From the NCBI GenBank assembly GCA_964490105.1, contig CAZAZU010000001.1, positions 22,706-86,705 of the forward strand: 64,000 nt of DNA, read 5' to 3'. The notes beneath the pieces were generated by a model. It saw only the letters and a list, made by a program, of their open reading frames with translations. It made no database searches and was not told the origin of the DNA. Below, piece by piece: positions 18,166-26,443 of the stretch; positions within the stretch are counted from its first letter, which is position 1, and each line of letters opens with the position of its first letter. This DNA comes from an uncultured Gammaproteobacteria bacterium. GTDB lineage: Bacteria; Patescibacteriota; Microgenomatia; Levybacterales; UBA12049. The position numbers and the translations under genes were made by a program.

Positions 18166-18923
18166 ATCTCAAATTCTGACAGATCATTTGCTCCATAACT
18201 CTCACCAAATATTGCCTTAGCTTTTTCCACTGCCCCTTTTCGACTTTCCAAAGTCGTATAAATATGAGCGCCGAAATGGGTAAGTATAAGTTTTTTTACA
18301 TTTGCTTCTTTTGCCAAAGTTGCTGCTTGAGAGGCATCAAAATGTCCCCATTCTGTTTCTGTATTATCTTTAGCTGCGCATTCACAAATGAATATATCTG
18401 AATCCTTTGCAAGTTTTCTTGCCGCATCTGTAAGTCCGCAGTCACCAGTATAAGAAATAATTTTTCCTTCTAATTCAAATCTATAGCCGTGATCTCTATA
18501 TGCGTGGTGTTGTTCTATGGCATGAGCTTTAAAAGGTATGTTTTCTCCCTCTTCAGATAATTCATGAAGCCTAATTTCAGTTTTAAGGTTATAAATATTA
18601 TCTGGTCTAGGTTTGAAGCCTATCGTAAATGGAGGATTAACTAAAGTTTCAAAATCTTTGGATCTGTTAGTGCCTACATAAACATCAATTCCTTGTTTGA
18701 AGTCAAATTTATTTAGAATGTGAAGACCTGAGGTATGATCTAGGTGAAAATGAGTTATGAACATGGAGATTGGCTTGTCTTCTTTTATAAACTGATCTAA
18801 TTTATAAATTCCGTTTCCAGCGTCGAGAACTAAATAATGATCTTTGGTATCAATTAGGATTGAAGGTGTGTCGCCGGTTGGAGAGGAGTACCATCCGTTA
18901 GTCCCTAGGAATGTGATTTTCAT
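18162..18923 (-). CDS. MBL-fold metallo-hydrolase (RNase Z-like)
   Basis: ITHFHLDH motif, downstream His/Asp ligands. Confidence 0.75.
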   Translation of the reverse strand: MKITFLGTNGWYSSPTGDTPSILIDTKDHYLVLDAGNGIYKLDQFIKEDKPISMFITHFHLDHTSGLHILNKFDFKQGIDVYVGTNRSKDFETLVNPPFTIGFKPRPDNIYNLKTEIRLHELSEEGENIPFKAHAIEQHHAYRDHGYRFELEGKIISYTGDCGLTDAARKLAKDSDIFICECAAKDNTETEWGHFDASQAATLAKEANVKKLILTHFGAHIYTTLESRKGAVEKAKAIFGESYGANDLSEFEI

Positions 18924-18940
18924 AGTTTGATTTTAACAAA

Positions 18941-19804
18941 TTATAAAGCAATTAATATAGTGCCTATCACCATAACAAATGCTCCTAAAAATCTCTCTTG
19001 AATATGGTGTTCTTTAAATAAAACAGCTCCTAAAATAATTGAAAAAAGTGCTGAAAGCTTAAAAACTGCAGTGACATATGCAACATTGTTTAAGCTAAAA
19101 GCGGTAAGCGCTGCAAATTGTCCGATCGTTGCTAAGAATCCAAATATTAATAAAAATTTTAGATTTGTTCTGGTATATTTTTTAACATTTTTCATCTTAA
19201 AGAAGAAAGGCGAGAGGAATACAATTATAAATACAGCCTCTATAAGTGGTACTGAGAGTGGGGTGGTAGGCGTAGTCTCAAAAATTGCCTTTTTTTGAAG
19301 GATTGGGGTCATTCCCCAAATAAGATTTGAAATAAGAAATAATTTAACTCCTTTATCCGATAAAAGCTTGGAGATAGGTTTGAATACCCCAGCTCTTATT
19401 TGATCAACGTTAAGTAAGTATGCGCCAATTATAATTAATAGAATTCCAATTAGCTTAACTGGCGTGGGATTTTCGTGTAAAAAAATTGTGGCAAAGATTA
19501 AGACAAATGCTGGGTTAAATGAAGATATTGGTGCTAGGAGTGAGATTTCTGACATTGACAGAGCTTTGTAATATATGACCGCTGCAATCGTATCTAAGAT
19601 TGAAACGATGAAAATAAATTTCCAGAACTGTGGAGTAAACGCAGGGACACCGAGGTAAAGTAGAAGACCGATTGAAAATGGAAGTACGAAAGATAGAGAA
19701 ATTACAGTAAAAGCCATGGGAGAGATGTCCTTCATCATTTTTTTGATGAGGATCATGCTGATCGAGGTCCACAACGCAAAAAGGAGCGAATAAGAAATCC
19801 ACAT
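18941..19804 (-). CDS. EamA/DMT-family membrane transporter
   Basis: ~10 TM helices in two halves; hydrophobic 287-aa protein. Confidence 0.65.
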   Translation of the reverse strand: MWISYSLLFALWTSISMILIKKMMKDISPMAFTVISLSFVLPFSIGLLLYLGVPAFTPQFWKFIFIVSILDTIAAVIYYKALSMSEISLLAPISSFNPAFVLIFATIFLHENPTPVKLIGILLIIIGAYLLNVDQIRAGVFKPISKLLSDKGVKLFLISNLIWGMTPILQKKAIFETTPTTPLSVPLIEAVFIIVFLSPFFFKMKNVKKYTRTNLKFLLIFGFLATIGQFAALTAFSLNNVAYVTAVFKLSALFSIILGAVLFKEHHIQERFLGAFVMVIGTILIAL

Positions 19805-19862
19805 CCCACTAATATATCAGTTCTCGTTGACAAATTAGAAGAGCGAACATAGACTATTAGTA

Positions 19863-20768
19863 ATGAAAATCGGAATAATCGGGCTTGGTAAAATGGGCTC
19901 TCGAATTGCTCAAAAGCTTTCCGATGAGCATGAGGTATCAGTTTGGAATCGTTCGCCGGAAGATATAGAAGAGCTAAAAAAAGTATCAAAAGTCCAGGGG
20001 TTTGATTCTGTTGAAGCTTTAGTTAGCAATTTGCCTTCCCCTAAAATTATTTGGATTATGGTGCCGCATGTGGCAGTTGAAGAGGTATTAACAGAAGTTA
20101 AAAAGTTTGTTTCCACCGGAGACATCGTAGTAGACGGAGGAAATTCCAATTACAAAGATACAGACAGAAGATTTTTAGAATTCGAAAAAGCAGGGATTAA
20201 ATACTTAGGAATTGGAGTAAGCGGAGGAATAATTGCGTTTAAAAATGGATATCCGCTGATGGTTGGGGGGAATCGCGAAGCATATGAAGCGATTATTCCA
20301 ATTTTAGATACTTTAGCAAAACCCACTGGCGGACATGAATATTTCGGGACAGGAGGAGCTGGGCATTTTGTAAAAATGGTTCATAACGGAGTGGAATATG
20401 CCCAGATGCAAAGTATTGGCGAAGGATTTGAAATTCTGGAAAAATCAGCTTATAAATTTGATTTATCAAAAATTGCCAATCTTTGGAGTAAAGGAACAAT
20501 AGTATCAGGGTTTTTAATTGATAGAGCATCTGAGAGTTTGAATAGAGATTCGAAGCTTTCAGAATTTTCCGGGCCAATAGCTAGAAGCGGAGAAGGAGAC
20601 TGGACAATTCTTGCGGCGGAGGAAGAAGGAATTGACCCAGAAATAATCAACGGCGCAGTAGAATTCAGAAAAAAATCTGAAATAGATGAAGATATACAAA
20701 ATTCATTTACCGCAAAAATGATTAACTCACTTCGTAATGCATTTGGCGGCCACGAAATTAAAAAGTAA
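19863..20768 (+). CDS. gnd: 6-phosphogluconate dehydrogenase, short (GntZ-like) form
   Basis: MKIGIIGLGKMGSRIAQKL NAD-binding, GTGGAGHFVKMVHNGVEYAQMQ. Confidence 0.88.
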   Translation: MKIGIIGLGKMGSRIAQKLSDEHEVSVWNRSPEDIEELKKVSKVQGFDSVEALVSNLPSPKIIWIMVPHVAVEEVLTEVKKFVSTGDIVVDGGNSNYKDTDRRFLEFEKAGIKYLGIGVSGGIIAFKNGYPLMVGGNREAYEAIIPILDTLAKPTGGHEYFGTGGAGHFVKMVHNGVEYAQMQSIGEGFEILEKSAYKFDLSKIANLWSKGTIVSGFLIDRASESLNRDSKLSEFSGPIARSGEGDWTILAAEEEGIDPEIINGAVEFRKKSEIDEDIQNSFTAKMINSLRNAFGGHEIKK

Positions 20769-20833
20769 TATGCTATACTCGAATCTGTGATCCATTCGAC
20801 GATTGCTCAGGATCATGCTGAATTTATCGAAAT

Positions 20834-22102
20834 ATGAAATACTCTACTTTTTTTCCAAAAGCCAGGAAGTCAGAATTTAAAGATGATCTATCTATTAATG
20901 CGAAATATTTAATAAAAGCAGGCTACATCGATCAGCTAATGGCTGGTTCATATACATTACTCCCCTTAGGTTTTCGAGTTGTGCAAAATATAAATAATAT
21001 TATCCGGGATGAATTAAATAAGACTGGTGCGCAGGAGTTATTAATGCCGCTTCTTCATCCTCGGGAGATTTGGGATCAGACCGGTAGATGGAGCGATCCA
21101 GATGTAAAACAAATTATGTATCAGTTTAAGGATATCCATGATAAAGAATTTGGATTATCTTTTACTCATGAAGAAATAGTAATGAATTTACTAGGTAAAA
21201 TGGTGCAGAGCTATAAAGATTTACCGGTTAAGGTTTATCATTTTTCTACTAAATTCAGAAATGAACCGAGGGCAAAATCAGGAATTTTAAGAGGAAGAGA
21301 ATTTATGATGAAGGATTTGTATTCTGCGCATGTTTCTGAGGAGGATATGTATAAATATTATAATTTGGTAAAAGAAGTTTATCCAAAAATATTTAAGCGT
21401 TTGGGTTTGGAAGCTTTAACAGTAGAAGCAAGCGGAGGAGTATTCACCGATAAAAATAGCCACGAATTCCAGGTTTTAAGTGAAGTTGGAGAAGATACTA
21501 TCTTTTTCTGTGATTGTAGCGGAAAAAGCTGTGATTGTCGATTTGCTCAAAATAAAGAATTGTTTGCGGGTGCTGATGGAGATAAATGCCCGGAATGTGA
21601 TGATTGCACTATAAAATCTGCAAAATCGATAGAAGTTGGAAATATTTTTCCGCTTGGGACTAAATATTCTCAGAATATGAAAGTTTTATATACCGATGCC
21701 GAAGGTAAAGCACAAAATATCTGGTTTGCGAGTTATGGAATTGGACCAACGAGAGTTATGGGAACTCTCGTAGAAGTTTTTCATGATGATAAAGGAATTA
21801 TCTGGCCAAAAAGTGTTGCACCATTTCAAGTGTATTTGATTAGTATCATGAATCAAGAATCAAGTATTAAGGAAGAGACGGAAAAAGTTTATAAAAAATT
21901 GCAAGAGGCCGGAGTTGAGGTTTTGTGGGACGACAGAGAAGTAAGTCCTGGAGAAAAGTTTGCAAATGCTGATCTCCTAGGTTTTCCTTATCGTTTGGTA
22001 ATCTCTCAAAAAACAGGGGATAAAATTGAATTTAAAGAAAGAAAAAGTGAAGATGCTTCGCTTTTAAGCCTAGATGAAGTAATTTCTAGAATTGAGGAAT
22101 AA
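20834..22102 (+). CDS. proS: prolyl-tRNA synthetase, minimal form with a Cys-rich insert in place of the editing domain
   Basis: Class II motif 2 FRNEPRAKSGILRGREFMMKD; C-terminal anticodon-binding domain; insert CDCSGKSCDC...CPECDDC. Confidence 0.85.
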   Translation: MKYSTFFPKARKSEFKDDLSINAKYLIKAGYIDQLMAGSYTLLPLGFRVVQNINNIIRDELNKTGAQELLMPLLHPREIWDQTGRWSDPDVKQIMYQFKDIHDKEFGLSFTHEEIVMNLLGKMVQSYKDLPVKVYHFSTKFRNEPRAKSGILRGREFMMKDLYSAHVSEEDMYKYYNLVKEVYPKIFKRLGLEALTVEASGGVFTDKNSHEFQVLSEVGEDTIFFCDCSGKSCDCRFAQNKELFAGADGDKCPECDDCTIKSAKSIEVGNIFPLGTKYSQNMKVLYTDAEGKAQNIWFASYGIGPTRVMGTLVEVFHDDKGIIWPKSVAPFQVYLISIMNQESSIKEETEKVYKKLQEAGVEVLWDDREVSPGEKFANADLLGFPYRLVISQKTGDKIEFKERKSEDASLLSLDEVISRIEE

Positions 22103-22505
22103 AAGGAATCTGAAGTTTAAATACGTAAATCCACACGAATGTATAAGCTACAAGTAGAACAATAACTCCGAGACCTAAAACTAACGACATAACTTTTGAT
22201 CCGCCTCTTTTTACCGTAGCACCCTGATTTTTACCAGGATTATTCGCATTAAAAGCAATTGTTCCTCCGATTGGAGAAGGAGCGGCAGGAGCTGCGGGAG
22301 CCGCTTGCGGAGTCACTTCAGTTGGTACGACGGGAGCTTGCGGTTGAACTGGAATAGGAGTAGACGAAGTGCCCATTTGCGGAGAAAACGGTGCCGGAGC
22401 AGGCGGAGGGGGAACTGTTCCTGGTGGAGGTACAGCAGGGCCATTCATTACTCTATCATATGCTTCTTGAAGTTTTGGGTCAGTCGCGGACAGCTTTGGA
22501 TCCAT
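22086..22505 (-). CDS. Pro-rich protein with C-terminal transmembrane anchor
   Basis: PPPGTVPPPPAPAP repeats, C-terminal hydrophobic helix; preceded by the palindrome-promoter module. Confidence 0.55.
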   Translation of the reverse strand: MDPKLSATDPKLQEAYDRVMNGPAVPPPGTVPPPPAPAPFSPQMGTSSTPIPVQPQAPVVPTEVTPQAAPAAPAAPSPIGGTIAFNANNPGKNQGATVKRGGSKVMSLVLGLGVIVLLVAYTFVWIYVFKLQIPFIPQF

Positions 22506-22530
22506 ATAATCTAGTTTAGCGCATCGGTTG

Positions 22531-22559
22531 TTTTTGTCAACCCCGATTAAATCGGGGTT
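22531..22559 (-). promoter_or_regulatory. 17-bp palindrome CCCCGATTTAATCGGGG fused to TTGACA -35, 16-nt spacer, TAAACT, 7 nt to ATG (copy 1; minus orientation)
   Basis: 26-nt exact identity with copy 2 at 44439-44464. Confidence 0.6.
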
Positions 22560-22567
22560 AATATAGC

Positions 22568-23458
22568 TTATCGTGCTTTGGTAAGAAGAATCTCTACAAA
22601 CTGGTTAAAATTTATACCTGATGCCTTAGCTGCTTTTGGAATTAAACTTTCAGATGTAAGGCCAGGAATTGTATTTATTTCTAAAGCGTAAGGGATGTTT
22701 TGTGAATAAATGAAATCAGTCCTCGAATAAGTTCCAAAATCAAAATTATTGTGAATCTTAAGTGCTATCTCTTGAGCTTCTTTTTGTTTGTTTACTGGCA
22801 CAGATGGGGCATTTGGAATTTCTTTTGTGCCAGATGTGTATTTATTTTCATAACTGAACCATTCTCCTTCAGGAGGTTTTATTTCAATTACTGGAAGCGC
22901 TTTACCATCTAGAACTCCGACGGTAATTTCTACTCCATCTATATATTTTTCAACATATAATTTATAGTTTGAGTTAAGTAAAAATTTGGCATTTTTTATA
23001 TTTAAGTCTTTTTTAGATTTGAGAATTACTACTTCATGAGAAGAGCCGCCGTGAGATGCTTTTAGAACGCAAGGAAATCCAAATTTTATAATATCCTCTT
23101 TAGTTTTAATCTCAGTCCATGGGGAAGTGGGAAGACCCGATTTTGTCGCAAATTTTTTAAATGGAATTTTATACCATCCATTTTGCATGCCTTTATAATT
23201 TCTCGTTCCGACAATCGGTTTATCGATTTTATTTAAAAATTCGTGAAGCTGGCCACCTTCTCCTTCTTCTCCATGGAGAACAGGGAATAGGGTTTCGAAG
23301 TTTTTTGCTAGCCTTATTATCGGTTCATATCCCTTCCTAATATCGAATTGTTTTACTTCATGCCCATTTTCTTCGAGCGCTTTTTGCACATTCTTAGCTG
23401 AAGTTAGTGAAACGATTCTTTCAGAAGAGTCACCGCCTGTGATAAGTAAAACCTTCAT
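22568..23458 (-). CDS. ddl: D-alanine--D-alanine ligase
   Basis: ATP-grasp; LHGEEGEGGQLHEFL, EINTIPGLTSESLIPKAAKASGI. Confidence 0.9.
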   Translation of the reverse strand: MKVLLITGGDSSERIVSLTSAKNVQKALEENGHEVKQFDIRKGYEPIIRLAKNFETLFPVLHGEEGEGGQLHEFLNKIDKPIVGTRNYKGMQNGWYKIPFKKFATKSGLPTSPWTEIKTKEDIIKFGFPCVLKASHGGSSHEVVILKSKKDLNIKNAKFLLNSNYKLYVEKYIDGVEITVGVLDGKALPVIEIKPPEGEWFSYENKYTSGTKEIPNAPSVPVNKQKEAQEIALKIHNNFDFGTYSRTDFIYSQNIPYALEINTIPGLTSESLIPKAAKASGINFNQFVEILLTKAR

Positions 23459-23507
23459 TTAATGAGAAATCTATTCTAACACAATACCGCAATATGTTTA
23501 AAAACTC

Positions 23508-23529
23508 ATATATCGATATATCGATATAT
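23508..23529. repeat. palindromic tandem ATATATCGATATATCGATATAT in the ddl / 23611 divergent region
   Basis: Two overlapping copies of the perfect palindrome TATATCGATATA. Confidence 0.5.
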
Positions 23530-23610
23530 GATGCAGGGGTTAAATTGGCTTAGGAATTTTAGAAAAGAGTACTATTTGATTAGCCGTAGTTAATAAGGTA
23601 GAATGCAGGC

Positions 23611-24279
23611 ATGAATAGACCGCTAGACGCAGAACCAGGAGTAGGTCTACCACTTCCTCCAGCAGATGGCCCTAAAGATCGGGGTGACTTAAGGTCTCCT
23701 AGGGAGCGAATGACCACTCTCGTGGAAGAAATGTTGGCATATAGAGCAAATCCTGGTGTAAGTTATACTTTTTTTAGATTTCCAGATCTTGCACCTCAAG
23801 AACTTTTAACCAGACTTAAAGATGAGGTTTCATTAGGATTATTAGTTCCAGATGGGGAGAGATTGCCTCAGCCCGCGCGAGACGATGTAATAAGAATTGC
23901 AGACTCTAATAAACTAACGGGTGTTATTGTGACAGCTGATCGAGCTAGAGAGGGAAACTTTCGAAGAAGAAAAGTTGGAATTGAATTCTTAGCTGAATAT
24001 GAAGGGGGAGACCGGATCGTTAAGACTGCTCAAAAGTTAATTCTAGAGGATGATTCAAAAGAGCCAGTAAGAATTACGATGCGTAGGTCAGCTTTAGTTG
24101 ATCTGAATTCAGAAGAAGGAGGCTACGACTCAGGCAAGGCTATACCAGTCTCCGATGAACAAGCCACTGGTTTCCTCGGAATCTTAGAAGAACTTTTTGA
24201 AGCATGGAAGAAAAGTCCAGAAGGAATTGACAGAGCAAAGCGCAAGCATGTAGCTTCTCATCTCTCCAAAACTCCTTAA
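23611..24279 (+). CDS. hypothetical protein (222 aa), Lys-poor; leaderless after TTGATT-17-TAGAAT
   Basis: ORF plus promoter read from sequence; no motif recognised. Confidence 0.55.
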   Translation: MNRPLDAEPGVGLPLPPADGPKDRGDLRSPRERMTTLVEEMLAYRANPGVSYTFFRFPDLAPQELLTRLKDEVSLGLLVPDGERLPQPARDDVIRIADSNKLTGVIVTADRAREGNFRRRKVGIEFLAEYEGGDRIVKTAQKLILEDDSKEPVRITMRRSALVDLNSEEGGYDSGKAIPVSDEQATGFLGILEELFEAWKKSPEGIDRAKRKHVASHLSKTP

Positions 24280-24299
24280 AAATAGGGTATACTTGCCAT

Positions 24300-25202
24300 A
24301 TGAAAATTATTGTTACTCACGCAGCACCAGACCTTGATGCTGTGACTTCAGTTTGGCTTCTTAAAAGATTTTTACAAGGTTGGAACGAGGCTGAAGTAAA
24401 ATTTGTTCCTGCAGGACAACGTTTGAATCAAGAATCAAGAATCAAGAATCAAGGTGAGGATCCGATTGAAAAGATAGGGAATAATGAAGTGATACATGTG
24501 GATACCGGGTTGGGACCTCTTGATCATCACCAGACATTTTCAGATAAAGTTTGCGGGGCTACTCTTACTTGGGATTTTGTTCGCGAAAATGGGCAAATGT
24601 TTGAAAATGAAGCAACTTCTGACAAAGTTCAGATGCGAGAACAGGCACTTTCAAGAATTATGAATGTGGTTGTTGCGGATGATCACTTTAAGCAGGTTTT
24701 TTATCCCGAGCCAAATGCAGATCACTATGAATTTATGCTTTCGGATATGCTTGATGGATTAAAACTTCAAAAACCAGGTCAAGATCAGGCTTGTGTGGAT
24801 TTTGCCATGTCAGCGCTCGATGCAATTCTTCATAATTTCGAGAATAAAATTTGGGCTGAAAGAGAGATAGAGGAAAACGGGAAAAAATTTGAGTCTAGAT
24901 GGGGAAGAGGAATAGGATTTGAAACTATAAATGATGATGTTATAAAAATAAGTCAGAAAATGGGCTATTCAATAGTAGTCAGAAAAGATCCAAGAAAAGG
25001 ATATGTGCGAATTAAGGCAACCCCTGCAGAAAGCGTAGATTTAACTCCGGTTTATGAGCAGCTTAAAAAAATGGATCCAGATGCTACATGGTTTTTACAC
25101 GTGGGGAAAAGAATGCTTTTAAATGGTACTCCAAAAAATCCTAAAATGATTCCATCCCGCCTGAAGCTAGATGAGATAATTAATGTTTTAAAGAAAAGTT
25201 AA
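24300..25202 (+). CDS. DHH-family phosphoesterase (NrnA-like)
   Basis: VTHAAPDLDAVTS, VDTGLGPLDHHQ (DHH motif); contains 7-nt x4 tandem repeat at 24425-24452. Confidence 0.65.
   Translation: MKIIVTHAAPDLDAVTSVWLLKRFLQGWNEAEVKFVPAGQRLNQESRIKNQGEDPIEKIGNNEVIHVDTGLGPLDHHQTFSDKVCGATLTWDFVRENGQMFENEATSDKVQMREQALSRIMNVVVADDHFKQVFYPEPNADHYEFMLSDMLDGLKLQKPGQDQACVDFAMSALDAILHNFENKIWAEREIEENGKKFESRWGRGIGFETINDDVIKISQKMGYSIVVRKDPRKGYVRIKATPAESVDLTPVYEQLKKMDPDATWFLHVGKRMLLNGTPKNPKMIPSRLKLDEIINVLKKS
24425..24452 (+). repeat. heptanucleotide tandem repeat (GAATCAA)x4 inside the DHH phosphoesterase CDS
   Basis: Read directly: gaatcaagaatcaagaatcaagaatcaa. Confidence 0.85.
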
Positions 25203-25289
25203 AAGTTAAAATGCAAAACTCAAAATTGCAATTAAAAATTTTTAAATTTTTACATTAACTTTTGACCTTTGATTTTTGAATTTTGAATT
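25196..25289. repeat. AT-rich intergenic element copy B
   Basis: AAAAGTTAAAATGCAAAACTCAAAA ... CTTTTGACCTTTGATTTTTGAATT, matching copy A. Confidence 0.55.
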
Positions 25290-25694
25290 ATGGCTGAATG
25301 TATTTTTTGTAAAGTTATAGCCAAAGAGACTCTAGGATATTTTGTTTTGGAAGAAGAAAATTATGTAGCTTTTTTAGATATATTTGGTTCGACTGACGGT
25401 CACGTAATGGTGGTGCCACGTAAGCACGGACTTAGTATTTTAGATTATTCAAAAGAAGAATTAGGAGAATTTATGGCAGGGGTTCAAAGTGTCGCGAGAA
25501 AACTTGAAAAAAATCTGAATACAGATTCAATTACGATTGGGATTAACCATAAAGAGGAAAAAGGCGTTCCGCATCTTCACATTCATTTGATCCCAAGATT
25601 TAAAAATGATGGTGGAAAAGTGCTTCAAAGTCTAGTTTCAAAAGGAATAAAAGAAGATTTAACTAGAATAGTCGAGAAAATCCGCACGAATTAG
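25290..25694 (+). CDS. HIT-family (histidine triad) nucleotide hydrolase
   Basis: HLHIHLI triad. Confidence 0.88.
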   Translation: MAECIFCKVIAKETLGYFVLEEENYVAFLDIFGSTDGHVMVVPRKHGLSILDYSKEELGEFMAGVQSVARKLEKNLNTDSITIGINHKEEKGVPHLHIHLIPRFKNDGGKVLQSLVSKGIKEDLTRIVEKIRTN

Positions 25695-25727
25695 ACCACA
25701 CATTTTTACCCTTCACTTAAACCCGCC

Positions 25728-25743
25728 ATTCGTAGCGCGGCTC
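25728..25743 (+). promoter_or_regulatory. GC-rich conserved motif ATTCGTAGCGCGGCTC (copy 1), upstream of rpsU promoter TTGTCA-17-TACAAT (25770-25798)
   Basis: Exact 16-nt identity with 33068-33083. Confidence 0.5.
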
Positions 25744-25871
25744 AAGGAACAAATTCTGGTGGGCGAAGCTTGTCAATTAAGTACTTTTGGAGTACAATTT
25801 AACACACATTAGTTAAAATACAGCCACGTATTAACGACGGCGCGTATTAAAAGGGGGGTGTTTATTTAATT

Positions 25872-26051
25872 ATGGTAGTAGTAAAAAAGTCACCAGGAGA
25901 TTCTGATGATTCATTAATTAGAAAGTTTTCAAGAAAAGTTATGTCTGAGGGCATAGTTCAGGAGGCTAAAAGAAGAGAGTTTTATTTAAAACCTTCTCTA
26001 GCGCGTAAACAAAAACTTGAAGATGCCAGAAGGGTAAAAAAGGTCTGGTAA
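25872..26051 (+). CDS. rpsU: 30S ribosomal protein S21 (absent from ORF track)
   Basis: MVVVKKSPGDSDDSLIRKFSRKVMSEGIVQEAKRREFYLKPSLARKQKLEDARRVKKVW matches the bS21 consensus (RRFKR...GVL.EV.RREFYEKP..RKR). Confidence 0.85.
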   Translation: MVVVKKSPGDSDDSLIRKFSRKVMSEGIVQEAKRREFYLKPSLARKQKLEDARRVKKVW

Positions 26052-26053
26052 AG

Positions 26054-26440
26054 ATGAGCAACCTCAATGTTCTAATTTTTGTTGAAAGCAGATATAAGGT
26101 TAACAGAAAGAGAATTCGGACAGCGCTTGCAAATTTACTTAATGAGCAGGGTGTAAACTCTCCTGTAGAAGTTTCGGTTGCAATTGTTGGGGACCGAAAG
26201 ATGCGTGAGCTTTCCAAAAAATATAAAGGGGAAGATAAAACACGAAATATTTTATCATTTTCCTTAAGTGAGGGAGAAAAACACGCTCTTCCAAATGACA
26301 TAATTAGACTTGGAGATATTGTGATTTCATATCCAGTGGTAATTACAGAAGCCGCCCGAGATGAAGTATTGGTAGATGACAAGATTGATGAACTAGTTGT
26401 TCATGGAATGACTCATCTGTTAGGATTACACCACGAGTAA
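26054..26440 (+). CDS. ybeY: endoribonuclease YbeY (rRNA maturation factor)
   Basis: HGMTHLLGLHHE H3xH5xH motif; size 128 aa. Confidence 0.8.
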   Translation: MSNLNVLIFVESRYKVNRKRIRTALANLLNEQGVNSPVEVSVAIVGDRKMRELSKKYKGEDKTRNILSFSLSEGEKHALPNDIIRLGDIVISYPVVITEAARDEVLVDDKIDELVVHGMTHLLGLHHE

Positions 26441-26443
26441 TTA

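Noticed and set aside
20769-20833. T-box riboswitch upstream of proS
   Set aside because: Only a 6-bp inverted repeat (TGATCC...GGATCA) in a 65-nt spacer; far too short for a T-box and no specifier/antiterminator architecture.
22539-22559. The CCCCGATTTAATCGGGG hairpins as intrinsic terminators for ddl and the DUF1761 gene
   Set aside because: Neither copy is followed by a U-run on the relevant strand. Each is fused to a -35 hexamer with identical downstream promoter geometry, so an operator or promoter role fits better.
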